Shown: piece by piece, positions 30,108 through 40,600 of the stretch
How the letters are laid out: each line of letters opens with the position of its first letter
Numbering within the stretch: position 1 is the stretch's first letter
The notes under the pieces: generated by a model
What the model was told of the DNA's origin: nothing
Databases searched by the model: none
What the model saw: the letters and a program-made list of their open reading frames with translations, nothing else
Assembly: GCA_038874655.1 (NCBI GenBank)
Contig: JAVZBY010000001.1
Span: 52,292-116,291, forward strand
DNA length: 64,000 nucleotides
Reading direction: 5' to 3'
Source of the DNA: Candidatus Woesearchaeota archaeon
GTDB lineage: Archaea; Nanobdellota; Nanobdellia; Woesearchaeales; GW2011-AR15
Program-made: the position numbers and the translations under genes

Positions 30108-30668
30108 ATGTTTAGTTATGAAATAAAAATACCTAAAGAAAGAATTGCTGTATTAATAGGAAAAAAAGGAGAAATAAAAAAACAGATAGAGGAAAATACA
30201 AACACTAAATTAGAAATTGATAGTAAAGAAGGAGATGTTATTGTTTCTGGGGAAGATGCTATTTTACTTTATTCTGCAAGAAATATTATAAGAGCTATTG
30301 GGAGAGGTTTTAACCCTGAATTAGCTATGCTATTGCTAAAACAAGATTATTCTTTTGAAATAATAAATCTGCCAGATTTTGAAAATCCTAATCAACTAAA
30401 AAGAATTAGAGGTAGAGTTATTGGTAAAGAAGGCAGAACAAGAGAAATTATAGAAGAGATGACTGAATGTTATGTTTCTGTTTATGGAAAAACCATTGGG
30501 ATAATTGGTACTATAGAATCTGTTATTAATGCAAAAAGGGCTATTGAAATGTTAATTAAAGGAAGTCCTCATGCTAATGTTTATAAATGGCTTGAAAAAA
30601 GAAGACGAGAACAAAAAAAAAGAGAATTGGAAGAATTCTATATAAAAAGAGATAATATTGATATATAA
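30108..30668 (+). CDS. KH-domain pre-rRNA processing protein (Dim2/Pno1/Krr1 family)
   Basis: RIAVLIGKKG, AIGRGFNPE, RGRVIGKEG, GSPHANVY. Confidence 0.93.
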   Translation: MFSYEIKIPKERIAVLIGKKGEIKKQIEENTNTKLEIDSKEGDVIVSGEDAILLYSARNIIRAIGRGFNPELAMLLLKQDYSFEIINLPDFENPNQLKRIRGRVIGKEGRTREIIEEMTECYVSVYGKTIGIIGTIESVINAKRAIEMLIKGSPHANVYKWLEKRRREQKKRELEEFYIKRDNIDI

Positions 30669-30757
30669 GTAAATTCTATATTTTATTAAAATTATATATA
30701 AATAAAGTAAATTTTTTTATTATTTTTTGATAAATATTAAAAAATAAGGTATGTAAA

Positions 30758-31702
30758 ATGGAACAAGTCAAAGATTTTTTATGGAAAAAAAATATGTCTG
30801 TTAAAGAATTAGTTGAAAATTTAGGAAAGGTTGGTTTTCAAAGCGTTGAAATTAAAAAAGCTGTTGATGTTATTATTAAAATGAAAAAAGACGGTGCAAA
30901 AATTTTTTTTACTTATACAAGTAATATGGTTACTAGTGGTTTAAGAGGATTTTTTGCTCAATTAGTTGAATTAGGTATGGTTGATATTATTGTTACTACT
31001 GTTGGTGGCATTGAAGAAGATATTATGAAAGCAAAAGGTGAAAAGTTTGTAATTGGAAAATTTAAACCTGATGATGTTGAGCTTTATGAAAAAGGAGTAA
31101 ATAGAGTAGGTAATTTATTTATAAGAAATGAAAGTTATTTGAATTTTGAAGATTATATAACTCAAGTGTTAAATAAATTGTATGAAAAAAAACCTAGATG
31201 GGCTGTTTCTGAATTATTAAGAGAAATTGGTTTAATGTTAGATGATAAAAATTCTATTTTATATCAAGCTGCAAGAAAAAATGTTCCTATATTTTGTCCT
31301 GGAATTACTGATGGTGCTTTTGGTTTTCATTTATTTATGCTTCAACAAAAAAAACCTGATTTTGTAGTTGATGTTGTAAAGGATTTTGCAAATATTTTAT
31401 TTTCTACTACTTACGATGATAAAAAGGGATTAATTTCTATTGGTGGCAGCATCTCAAAACATCATGCAATATTAGCTGCTTTACTAAATGGTGGCTTAGA
31501 TTATGCTGTTTATTTGACAACTGCACATCCTACTGATGGTAGTATGTCTGGAGCATCTACAGATGAAGCAAAAAGTTGGGGTAAAGTTAAAGATGATAGT
31601 GATGTAGCAACCATAATAGGTGATGCTAGTTTTACTTTTCCATTAGTAATGATTGGAGTTTTGGAAAAATTATCTGATGAAGGATTAATTAAATTGGATT
31701 AA
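30758..31702 (+). CDS. dys: Deoxyhypusine synthase
   Basis: YTSNMVTSGLR, GGIEED, GGSISKHH, DGSMSGA, EAKSWGK. Confidence 0.93.
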   Translation: MEQVKDFLWKKNMSVKELVENLGKVGFQSVEIKKAVDVIIKMKKDGAKIFFTYTSNMVTSGLRGFFAQLVELGMVDIIVTTVGGIEEDIMKAKGEKFVIGKFKPDDVELYEKGVNRVGNLFIRNESYLNFEDYITQVLNKLYEKKPRWAVSELLREIGLMLDDKNSILYQAARKNVPIFCPGITDGAFGFHLFMLQQKKPDFVVDVVKDFANILFSTTYDDKKGLISIGGSISKHHAILAALLNGGLDYAVYLTTAHPTDGSMSGASTDEAKSWGKVKDDSDVATIIGDASFTFPLVMIGVLEKLSDEGLIKLD

Positions 31703-31740
31703 TACAAATAATAAAAAAAATATTTTATGCGTGAGATAAA

Positions 31741-32811
31741 ATGTTGAGCAAAGCAAGATTTATTTTAAGTAGAAGTAAAGTTATTGAAAAATATAATGAG
31801 ATAAAAGAATTAAGTGATTATATCTCATATAGTTATAAAACAAATATGGATGTTGGATTAGTTTTAGAAAAAGAAACAGATTGCTTTTTCAGTGTTCATA
31901 CAATAGAAGATTTTAAAACATTAAAAAACGGAGAAAGAGTATGGTTTTTTAGTCAAGCTTGGAATTTTGAAGAATTAGATATTTTGTTTTCTAAAAAGGT
32001 TAATAAATTTGTAGTTGATAACGAAGTTGATTTGAAAATATTAGTTGATTATATTGAGGATAAAAATAAAAAAATTAAGAATGAAAATGAAAAATTTAAG
32101 ATATGGCTTTTATTAAGAATGAAATTAAAAGAAAACACAATACATACAGGAAAACATTTTGTTTATGGAATGATAAGTAGCAAAATAAATTATCTATTGC
32201 CTATTTTAAAAAAAAATCCTTATATTGAAAAATTAGGTATTCATTTTCATAGAAAAACACAAAATGTTAGTGAGTGGGATCTAAAGGAAGAGTTAAATGA
32301 TAGTATTAATAAAGATAATTGGAGAATTATTGATTTTGTGAATATTGGCGGTGGATTACCTGCAGAATATAAAAATTATAATATGTCTATTTTAGAAAAT
32401 ATAAAAAGAAAAATATTAGAATTAAAAGAGTGGCTTAATAATAAAAATATTAAAATGATAATTGAGCCAGGTAGATTTATTGCTGCTCCTTCTGTAAAAT
32501 TAGAAGCTAATATAAAAAGTATATACGATAATAATATTATTGTTGATTGTTCTGTTTATAATTCTGCAATGGATACTTTTGTAGCACATATAAGGTTATT
32601 AGTTGAGAATGAATTAAATGAAAATGATAATGGTGCAATTGCTTATACAATAAAAGGTAATACTCCTGATAGTATGGATATTTTTAGATATAGAGTTTTT
32701 TTAAAAGAACAAAAAGTAGGAAACAAAATTGTTTTTTTAAATGCTGGTGCTTATAATTATTCTAGTGATTTTTGTAATTTGCCAAAATTGGAAACTGTTG
32801 TTGTGGATTAA
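31741..32811 (+). CDS. PLP-dependent Orn/Lys/Arg/DAP decarboxylase (alanine-racemase fold)
   Basis: YSYKTN (PLP Lys), IHFH, NIGGG, EPGRF, GNTPDSMD, NAGAY. Confidence 0.88.
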   Translation: MLSKARFILSRSKVIEKYNEIKELSDYISYSYKTNMDVGLVLEKETDCFFSVHTIEDFKTLKNGERVWFFSQAWNFEELDILFSKKVNKFVVDNEVDLKILVDYIEDKNKKIKNENEKFKIWLLLRMKLKENTIHTGKHFVYGMISSKINYLLPILKKNPYIEKLGIHFHRKTQNVSEWDLKEELNDSINKDNWRIIDFVNIGGGLPAEYKNYNMSILENIKRKILELKEWLNNKNIKMIIEPGRFIAAPSVKLEANIKSIYDNNIIVDCSVYNSAMDTFVAHIRLLVENELNENDNGAIAYTIKGNTPDSMDIFRYRVFLKEQKVGNKIVFLNAGAYNYSSDFCNLPKLETVVVD

Positions 32812-32844
32812 CTACATAAATAGTTAAAATTTAAAAATAAAAGA

Positions 32845-33732
32845 TCATAAACTAATCAAAAAGATTGCTAAAATTGTTAAGATAATTCCAATTTTTTGAT
32901 TTAAAACTAATTTTTCTCTTAATATAAAATAAGCTAAAAGAACTGTTATTGCGGGATATAATGAGCTTATTGGTGTAATTATAGATAAATTACCTATTGA
33001 AATTCCATAATTAACAGATATCCATGCTAAGTTATAGAGGAAAAAATTTATTAATAAAATTAGCCATATTTTTTTATCTAATTTTTTATGAAAAAGATTT
33101 TTCTTAGTTTTAATATATGAGAATGTAATTAAAAAGATATTCGTAAATAATCCTGTTATAAAAAAAAGTGATATTGCAGAAATTAATTTAGATACACCTA
33201 TATTAATTAAATTTTTTGAAACTAAACCTATAAGAAAAAAATAAAAACCCCATCCTATAAATGCTAATATTGCTTGTTTAACGCCTTTAACTGATTTTAT
33301 ATGTTTAAGTTTATTTAGATTCGTTGAAACTAACATAATTCCTAAAATACATAAAATTATTGAAATTATTTTTAATAAAGTTAATGTTTCTTTTAGAAAG
33401 ATTACTGCTAAAATTACTGTGATTATAGAATAACTAGAGGATATTGGTGTTACAATGCTTATTTCTCCTTCCTCAAATGATTTCATAAACATATAAACTG
33501 CAACTAAATTAATAAAAGCAGAGAAAAAAAGGATTAATGTATTTTTTATTTCAATATAGATATAACCTTTTGATAAAAAGTAAAGAAAAGCAAAAAAGGT
33601 TGGAAAAAAACCAATTATGTTTCCAAAAAACATTATTTTTAATGAATTTGTTTTTTTTATCGCTATTGCCTGTAAAAAATCTGCAATTCCCCAACACAGC
33701 ATTGCTATTAATCCTAAAAAAATTTCAATCAT
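32845..33732 (-). CDS. EamA/DMT family transporter
   Basis: About 10 TM in two repeats; SIVTPISS, FLKE/ILREK motifs. Confidence 0.9.
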   Translation of the reverse strand: MIEIFLGLIAMLCWGIADFLQAIAIKKTNSLKIMFFGNIIGFFPTFFAFLYFLSKGYIYIEIKNTLILFFSAFINLVAVYMFMKSFEEGEISIVTPISSSYSIITVILAVIFLKETLTLLKIISIILCILGIMLVSTNLNKLKHIKSVKGVKQAILAFIGWGFYFFLIGLVSKNLINIGVSKLISAISLFFITGLFTNIFLITFSYIKTKKNLFHKKLDKKIWLILLINFFLYNLAWISVNYGISIGNLSIITPISSLYPAITVLLAYFILREKLVLNQKIGIILTILAIFLISL

Positions 33733-33794
33733 AAAAAATGGTTTTTTTATTTGTTTAAATAAATTTTTAAAGTATTATTTTTTTAAATAAAAAA

Positions 33795-34640
33795 ATGATA
33801 ATTAAAACTTTTGATGGTATAAATATTTATTATAATAAAATAAATAAAATTAAAGATAAAAAAGAGAAAAAATACGCTGTTTTCATTCATGGTGGTTTTC
33901 AAGGAAACAATACCTTAATAAAAAAATTATATTCTTATTTTTATGATGAATATGTTATTATTGCCCCTGATTTAAGAGGGAGAGGCGATTCTGACTTTCC
34001 AAAAGATATTAAAAATCACAAGTTAGAAGATTATGCTAAAGATATATTAGAAATATTAGAAAAAGAAAAAATTAAAGAAATTTATTTAGTTGGAATTAGT
34101 TTTGGTGGCTTAGTTGCTTTGAAATTTACTTATATGTTTTCAAATTTAGTAGATATAAAAAAATTAGTTCTGATATCTTCAAACTATACTTTAAAAAAAA
34201 TAAGAAAAAGAACTAGATTATTTGGATTATTTTATATCCCCTTAGGAAATTTGGTATATTACTTATCAAAAAATGGAAAATTAACTAAAAAAAAAGGTAT
34301 TGATTATTCTAGTATTAAAAATCCTTTTTTTAGCATAAAGTATGGGTTAAAAAGCACATTAAATAATTCTCTAAGAGTTCAAGCATTAAGATATCAATTA
34401 ATGAAAAGTTCTATGAATTTTTCAATTGATAATGAAGATTTAAAAAAAGTTATTTGCCCTGTGCTATTAATTTATGGAAAAAAAGACTTCTTTTTTAATA
34501 AAAAAACACAATATGATATATTAAAAAATATTAAGAAATGTGAAATAAAAATTTTTCAAAAAGGTGGGCATAATTTATATATAGATAATGCAAAAGAAGT
34601 AAGTAAAATAATTAAAGCATTTTTTAATAAGAAAGATTAA
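33795..34640 (+). CDS. Alpha/beta hydrolase
   Basis: FIHGG, PDLRGRGDS, GISFGG nucleophile elbow, GGH. Confidence 0.9.
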   Translation: MIIKTFDGINIYYNKINKIKDKKEKKYAVFIHGGFQGNNTLIKKLYSYFYDEYVIIAPDLRGRGDSDFPKDIKNHKLEDYAKDILEILEKEKIKEIYLVGISFGGLVALKFTYMFSNLVDIKKLVLISSNYTLKKIRKRTRLFGLFYIPLGNLVYYLSKNGKLTKKKGIDYSSIKNPFFSIKYGLKSTLNNSLRVQALRYQLMKSSMNFSIDNEDLKKVICPVLLIYGKKDFFFNKKTQYDILKNIKKCEIKIFQKGGHNLYIDNAKEVSKIIKAFFNKKD

Positions 34641-34654
34641 TGAAGATTAAAAAA

Positions 34655-36004
34655 TTAGATTTTTGTTATGCTTATACCTTCTAAATTATTATCAAAATTC
34701 CATTTAACATAATCTATGATTTGATTCATTTTTATTAAGTAAATAGCCCCTTTTTTATTTTGTAGAGGATATTTTGGAATTATGTTTAAAGATTGATTTG
34801 TTTTAATATTTCCATTTAATTGCTGTATGTTCTTTCCATTGCTTATCTTGTAATAAGCCAAATCAATATTTTTATCAGTTGGATTATAAATCTCTATTTT
34901 TTCATTATTCTTGTCATTACCTATTGGATTAGGCAAAATTGATTTTATTATTAAATCATCTGATTTTATGAAAGTTTTGTCATTAATATTATTTATTTGT
35001 TCATCTAATGGAATTTGATTATAAACTTTAAAAAAGTTTTTCAAATATTTTTGAGCAATGTCTCTATCTTCAATAATTATTAAATTTTCATCATTATAGA
35101 AGTTTGCATTTTTTGTAGGATTATATGAGCCTGTTAATATTGTTTTGTTGTCTATAATAAAAACTTTATTATGCATTTTATATTCATTTTTATCTAGAAT
35201 TGAAAAGTTTTTTAGAATATAATATGTTGAATAATTTGAAATTTGACTGCTATCATAAACTCCTATTATTGTTAAGTTTTTTTTGATTTTATTGTTTAAA
35301 AGAGTGTATGCAATTTCATAATCAGTGAAACTAAATGTCATAAAATAGATATTGTGTTTTGCATTTTCTATTTTTTTAAAAACTTGATATTGACAATTAT
35401 CTTCTGGACAAAAATAAACCTCAATCTTTGTTTTATTAAAATATATTATGTTGTTTCCAGATTTTTTCCCCTTACCATAAATATTGTTTTTTAACTCGTA
35501 AAATTCATCTAAAAATAATTCTGCTAATTTTTTTGATTCAATAATTAAAATATTGTTATCATTTAAGTAATTATCATTAAATGTTGGATTCATGCTGCCT
35601 GTAAAAACTATTTTTTTATCAAATATACAAAATTTATTATGCATTAATGCCTTAGAAAATCCTGATAAAAAGGAATAATTTCTATTTGATGAATTTGAAA
35701 AAGTATCTATATAGAGATTTTTATTTTTTTTATAGGTTGAATCTTCAATTATTATTTCTGAATTTTTTGTTTTTAAAAGTTCTATAATATCATTTAAATT
35801 TAATTCATAAAAAGCACATTTTATCTCACTAGAATTTTTTATATATGATATTAAGATATATTTACAATAATCTTCTGGACAAAAATATGTGAAAATTTTT
35901 AGTTCCTCTTCTATAGTGTTTTCATATTTTTTATCATTCTCATAAAGGGAGATTGCTATTAGAAATATTGAAAATAGAAAAATAAAGATAATATATTTTT
36001 TCAT
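34655..36004 (-). CDS. Secreted phospholipase D-family protein with C-terminal lamin-tail domain
   Basis: Signal/TM; two HKD motifs HNKFCIFD and HNKVFIID with TGS.N; PNPIG.D..NEKIEIYN. Confidence 0.9.
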   Translation of the reverse strand: MKKYIIFIFLFSIFLIAISLYENDKKYENTIEEELKIFTYFCPEDYCKYILISYIKNSSEIKCAFYELNLNDIIELLKTKNSEIIIEDSTYKKNKNLYIDTFSNSSNRNYSFLSGFSKALMHNKFCIFDKKIVFTGSMNPTFNDNYLNDNNILIIESKKLAELFLDEFYELKNNIYGKGKKSGNNIIYFNKTKIEVYFCPEDNCQYQVFKKIENAKHNIYFMTFSFTDYEIAYTLLNNKIKKNLTIIGVYDSSQISNYSTYYILKNFSILDKNEYKMHNKVFIIDNKTILTGSYNPTKNANFYNDENLIIIEDRDIAQKYLKNFFKVYNQIPLDEQINNINDKTFIKSDDLIIKSILPNPIGNDKNNEKIEIYNPTDKNIDLAYYKISNGKNIQQLNGNIKTNQSLNIIPKYPLQNKKGAIYLIKMNQIIDYVKWNFDNNLEGISITKI

Positions 36005-36084
36005 TATTAATATTTTAGTAATAAAATCTATTTTTAAACTTTATGTATATAAGGGTATAAAAAAATTTTATAAAAATATAAAAA

Positions 36085-36801
36085 TTATTTTGGGAGTTGT
36101 TTTTTTAATTCGTGAATTGATTTCAGAATTGCAAAATTTATTTCAGGATATTCCTTAGATAAATTATCTAAAATTAATTTTCTGTTATTGTTTTTCATAT
36201 TGATTGGAAGAGTTATTTTTTTAATTTTAAAGTAAATTTTTATTTCTTCTTCTGAAATATGAATTAAAGGCTTAAAAAAATAATATTTATGCTTAAAGTG
36301 TAAAATTTTTGTTTTTTTGAAATTTTTATTATAAAAAACTGATTCAAGAAATAGGTTTGCTTCTTGTTCTAAATTCCATGGTAAAATTATTAATTGATCT
36401 GATTTTTTATTTTCAGTTTTATTTTTTTTTATTTTATGCTTATTTTTTTCTTTAGCATCAATAAAGTTTATTGCTTCTTTTACTAAATAATTTAAGTAAT
36501 TAGTTAAAGTGTTTTTTTCTTTATTTTTGTGAGTTTTATTATTTAAGTTTATTATTTTTATTTTATGCTCTTTTTTATTAATATCTTTAAAGAAAGAAAT
36601 AAAAAATTTTATATTAAAAATTGAATTATATGTTTTATCATCGATCAGATAAAAATCTGCGTCCTTATAAAATTTATAAATATTTGAATCTCTAATCTCT
36701 TTTCTTATTCTTTTATCTATGATTTTTATAAAGCATTTATCACATGCTTGATATGTTTTCAAAAAGATTGTCGCTTTATTATTGCATTTAATGCATCTCA
36801 T
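36085..36801 (-). CDS. Degenerate TtuA/Ncs6-like protein lacking the PP-loop
   Basis: CIKC..CDKCFIK..KRIRKEI N-terminus, KPL..ISEEEI..Y, LD.L...YP.I; no SGGKDS. Confidence 0.55.
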   Translation of the reverse strand: MRCIKCNNKATIFLKTYQACDKCFIKIIDKRIRKEIRDSNIYKFYKDADFYLIDDKTYNSIFNIKFFISFFKDINKKEHKIKIINLNNKTHKNKEKNTLTNYLNYLVKEAINFIDAKEKNKHKIKKNKTENKKSDQLIILPWNLEQEANLFLESVFYNKNFKKTKILHFKHKYYFFKPLIHISEEEIKIYFKIKKITLPINMKNNNRKLILDNLSKEYPEINFAILKSIHELKKQLPK

Positions 36802-37004
36802 TAAAAATAAAGAATTTAAAAATAGTTATAAATGTTTTTTAATAAAAAGTTTTATGATAAATACTTTATTTTTTCAAAAAATTTTATTTTTTATTATTTA
36901 TCTTTAATTGTTACCACTTTAAAATTACTTCAAAATCGAAAAATTTAAATATTAGAAACTACTCTTTAGTAGATACTAAATAAGATTTATTATCACCTCT
37001 TTTT

Positions 37005-37041
37005 CCCTGGAAGAGTCCTTAGGGGCTCTTCGAGGGTTTTT
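37005..37041 (+). terminator. GC-rich hairpin followed by T-tract
   Basis: CCCT-G-GAAGAGTCC-TTAG-GGGCTCTTC-G-AGGG then TTTTT, in a divergent intergenic region. Confidence 0.55.
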
Positions 37042-37104
37042 AAATAAACTTTTAAATAGAAAAAGTTTATATTTTCTTTTATTAATTAAAAATTGGTGGG
37101 GTTT

Positions 37105-38847
37105 ATGACTAAATATAAAGATGAAACTATTTTTTCGTTTTTAAGTTCAAAAAAAATTAAGGATCTAAAATTTAATTATTTTATACTTGCTTTAATTGTA
37201 TTATTAGGTTTCTATTTAAGATTTTATCACATCCAGTATCCTCTAATAGGATATCATAATTGGAAAAGTGCACATTACATAACAGAAGCAAGAAATTTTG
37301 CAAGAGAGGGTTTTTTTAAGTATGGATTTTTTGTTCCTATGAGAGATACTACAGAAAATATAAATGAACCCTTAGATGGACAACATAGTGATACCTTTCC
37401 AATGATTTCTGTTATTGTTGCTGTTTTTTTTAAAGTATTTGGAGAAAATTTAGTTATTGCCAGGCTAATTAATATATTTTTTACTTTAGCTAGTGTTATT
37501 GTATTTTATTTTTTATTAAAAAAATTATTTGAAAAAGAAGAATTTGCTTTATTAGGTGCTTTTTTCTTTTCAATAAACCCTATGTATGTTTTTTTTAGTC
37601 ATAATATTGATGTTGTCAATCCTGGAATTTTTTTTATGTTATTAGGTGCATTATTTTATGTGAGATGGCATAAAGAGCAAGTAAAAAATAAGAAATATAG
37701 TTTTTTAGTTTTAAGTTTATTATTTGTAATGTTAGCATCTATAACAAAATATACCTTTGTAGTTATTGGGATTCCAATGTTTTTTACTTTTCCATTTAAA
37801 GATGTTTTTAATCAAATAAAAAAAGATAAAAAAGTATTTTTATATTTGGCAATTGGTTTAATTCTATTTTCATTTTTTCCTGCATGGATGTTATATTCAG
37901 AGATATATGTAAAGAATAATGTCTTTGGAAAAAATTTTAGTCAAGAAGCTTTAGATAGTTATGATTTAGTAAATTTGATTGATTTCAGTATTTTAGGGAA
38001 AGCAGATTTTTGGCAAATAATGAAAAGTTTTATTGCTGATAATTATAGCATAATTGGCTTTTGGTTTGCTGTTTTTGGCTCTATATTTTTTGTTTTTGTT
38101 TTTATTTCAAAAAAATTAAGTGATTTTAGCTATAGTTTTATGTTTTGGGCATTAATCTCGGTTTTTATTTTCTTGTTTATAATGGGTTATAAGTTATCAG
38201 GACATAGTTATCATCAGTATCCTGTAGGTTATGTTATTGTTTTTATGATGACTTTTTTTATTGAGTTTATTGGAACAAATATTGGGTTGTTGATAAAAGA
38301 ATATAAATTAGTTATTAAAATGATTGTTTTTACAATTCTTGTTTTTGGTTTTCCAATTTATAGTAAATCCATAGAAGCAATTAATAGGCAATTTGATACT
38401 CAGTTTCCAGGATTAGATATTGCTGGTGATTATATGAGAGAACATAAAGATCCTGGTGATAGAATGTTTCATAGTTCACATCAAAGTTTTGGTGTCGTAT
38501 GGCATGCTGATATGAAAGGATATAAACCACCTAGAGATTCTGAATATTTAAAAAAAGCAGAAATTGAAAACAATGTTTCCTGGATTTTTATGTATCAATG
38601 GGGTATCAATAGCTATTTTCAAAATCAAGATGTAATGAATTATATAAGAAATAATTATAGATTAGTGCAATTTGGTTTTGTGCAGCAAGGAAATATAAAT
38701 CAACCTATATTTTTATTGTTTAGAAAAGGTGGCTCGTTTAATGAAACAAAGTTAAATGAATTATTACAAAATAAACCTGTTTATTCTAGACAATATTCCT
38801 ATTCTGGGAATAGATTTTATGAGATTAGATATATAAATGTTGAGTAA
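37105..38847 (+). CDS. GT-C fold glycosyltransferase (ArnT/PMT family)
   Basis: LGFYLRFY, multi-TM, ARLINIFF, FFSINP, ITKY; C-terminal soluble domain. Confidence 0.85.
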   Translation: MTKYKDETIFSFLSSKKIKDLKFNYFILALIVLLGFYLRFYHIQYPLIGYHNWKSAHYITEARNFAREGFFKYGFFVPMRDTTENINEPLDGQHSDTFPMISVIVAVFFKVFGENLVIARLINIFFTLASVIVFYFLLKKLFEKEEFALLGAFFFSINPMYVFFSHNIDVVNPGIFFMLLGALFYVRWHKEQVKNKKYSFLVLSLLFVMLASITKYTFVVIGIPMFFTFPFKDVFNQIKKDKKVFLYLAIGLILFSFFPAWMLYSEIYVKNNVFGKNFSQEALDSYDLVNLIDFSILGKADFWQIMKSFIADNYSIIGFWFAVFGSIFFVFVFISKKLSDFSYSFMFWALISVFIFLFIMGYKLSGHSYHQYPVGYVIVFMMTFFIEFIGTNIGLLIKEYKLVIKMIVFTILVFGFPIYSKSIEAINRQFDTQFPGLDIAGDYMREHKDPGDRMFHSSHQSFGVVWHADMKGYKPPRDSEYLKKAEIENNVSWIFMYQWGINSYFQNQDVMNYIRNNYRLVQFGFVQQGNINQPIFLLFRKGGSFNETKLNELLQNKPVYSRQYSYSGNRFYEIRYINVE

Positions 38848-38853
38848 TAAAAA

Positions 38854-39813
38854 ATGAAAATAAAAAATATTTTATTTTCTATTACTATATCAATTATTTT
38901 TTTGTATTTTATTTTTAAAATAATAAATATAAATGATCTAAAAATTATTTTTCAACTGCCTATTAAAATAGTTATATTTTGCTTTTTTTTATATTTATTA
39001 TCAAATATTTTAAGAGCTTTAAGATTTAAACTTTTTTTAAATATGAATTTTTTAGATATAACTTCAATGACTTTTTTACATAATATGATTAATAACATTA
39101 TCCCTTTAAGAATTGGTGATCTAAGTATTATATTTTTAGGAAAAGACAAAAAGATAAAGAATGTAATTGCTTTAATATATAGTAGAATTTTTGATGTCTT
39201 AGCTATAAGTTCATTACTTATAACTTCAATGATTATTTATCTTTTAAAGTTGAACAAAAATTTTGAATTATTTAGCCTAATAGAAAAAAAAATAGTATAT
39301 GCGAGTATTATATTAGTGATAATGATTTTTTTTATTTTAGCACTGATTTTTTTTATTTTAAAATATGAACTTTTAAATAAAATTCTATCAATTAGTCTTG
39401 TTAAAAAATTTATTAATACTCATTTTATTTCTAGAAAAATAGTTGAAATAAAGAAAAATATTTCTTTAAAAAAATCTATTTTTGCTTATTTTTATTCTTT
39501 ATTAATATGGTTTTTAAATTTTTATATAACTAATAATATTATTAATTTAGTGGGTATTAATTTAAATTTTTATGAAGTAGTATTTGTTTTTAGTTTTACC
39601 ACACTAATTTCTTTATTACCTATTCATGGATTTTTAGGGTTGGGAACATTAGAAGCTGGATGGGCACTTATTTTAGTATTTTTTGGCGTTGAAAAAGAAT
39701 TAGCTCTTATTTCTGCTTTTGCATTTCACATTATAAATATTGTTTTTTTTATGATATTAGGTGTTTTTGGTTTGTTGTATAATTTATTACAAAATATTAT
39801 TATAAAGCATTAA
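38854..39813 (+). CDS. Flippase-like membrane protein (lysylphosphatidylglycerol synthase TM/UPF0104)
   Basis: LRALRF, NNIIPLRIGD, RIFD, LPIHGFLGLGTLE. Confidence 0.85.
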   Translation: MKIKNILFSITISIIFLYFIFKIININDLKIIFQLPIKIVIFCFFLYLLSNILRALRFKLFLNMNFLDITSMTFLHNMINNIIPLRIGDLSIIFLGKDKKIKNVIALIYSRIFDVLAISSLLITSMIIYLLKLNKNFELFSLIEKKIVYASIILVIMIFFILALIFFILKYELLNKILSISLVKKFINTHFISRKIVEIKKNISLKKSIFAYFYSLLIWFLNFYITNNIINLVGINLNFYEVVFVFSFTTLISLLPIHGFLGLGTLEAGWALILVFFGVEKELALISAFAFHIINIVFFMILGVFGLLYNLLQNIIIKH

Positions 39814-39817
39814 TTAT

Positions 39818-40435
39818 TCATCTTAATTTTACTAATGCATAATTAATTTTTAGTATTCCATCTTTTTTTATAAATATATCCTGTATTGGCAATATTTTTA
39901 CTACATATTTATTCCTATCTAGAGAATCTATTAATTTTTTACAACCACTATTCATTCTATTCCAATAATCATCAAACAAGACATTTGTTTTTTTATGCAT
40001 CAATTTTTTAGAATAATTCCAATCATTTTCTATTGTTTCTAAGGAATGACCACCATCAATTATTATCAAATCCATCTTTGGTAGGTTTTTATAATTTTTA
40101 GGTAAAGTTTCTAAGGTGTTGCCTTTAAAGAGATATATATTTGTTTTTGTTTTTTTTAGTTTTTCATAAATATTTTTTTCACTTAATGGATTTTTTGAAA
40201 TCTCCTTCTCAAATGTTTTTTTATCCATGGATTCAAATAAATCAAAGCCATAATAATTTATTTCAGAAGGTTTATGATATTTTTTTGCAATTTCTAAAAT
40301 TTTTATAGAGTTTTCACCATCAAATACACCTATGTCCATTATGTTTTTAGGTTTTATTTTTTCAACTAGTTGAAACAATTGATTATACCTTCTTGCATAA
40401 AATTTTTTTAGATAGTTTTTAAGTTTGTTAAACAT
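39818..40435 (-). CDS. Class I SAM-dependent methyltransferase (Methyltransf_24-like)
   Basis: DIGVFDG, YGFDLF, IIDGGHS, LFDDY. Confidence 0.85.
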   Translation of the reverse strand: MFNKLKNYLKKFYARRYNQLFQLVEKIKPKNIMDIGVFDGENSIKILEIAKKYHKPSEINYYGFDLFESMDKKTFEKEISKNPLSEKNIYEKLKKTKTNIYLFKGNTLETLPKNYKNLPKMDLIIIDGGHSLETIENDWNYSKKLMHKKTNVLFDDYWNRMNSGCKKLIDSLDRNKYVVKILPIQDIFIKKDGILKINYALVKLR

Positions 40436-40600
40436 TTTTTTATAAAAAATTAATTTGTATATTATAATATTTAAAAATTTTCATTAAAATATATATGAAA
40501 AGTATTTTTTCCATATTTAAAAATAAATGTTCTACTTTATATATAAAAAATAACAATAGTTAATATTTAAACTTTTGGATAAAATTAAAACTAAAAATTA

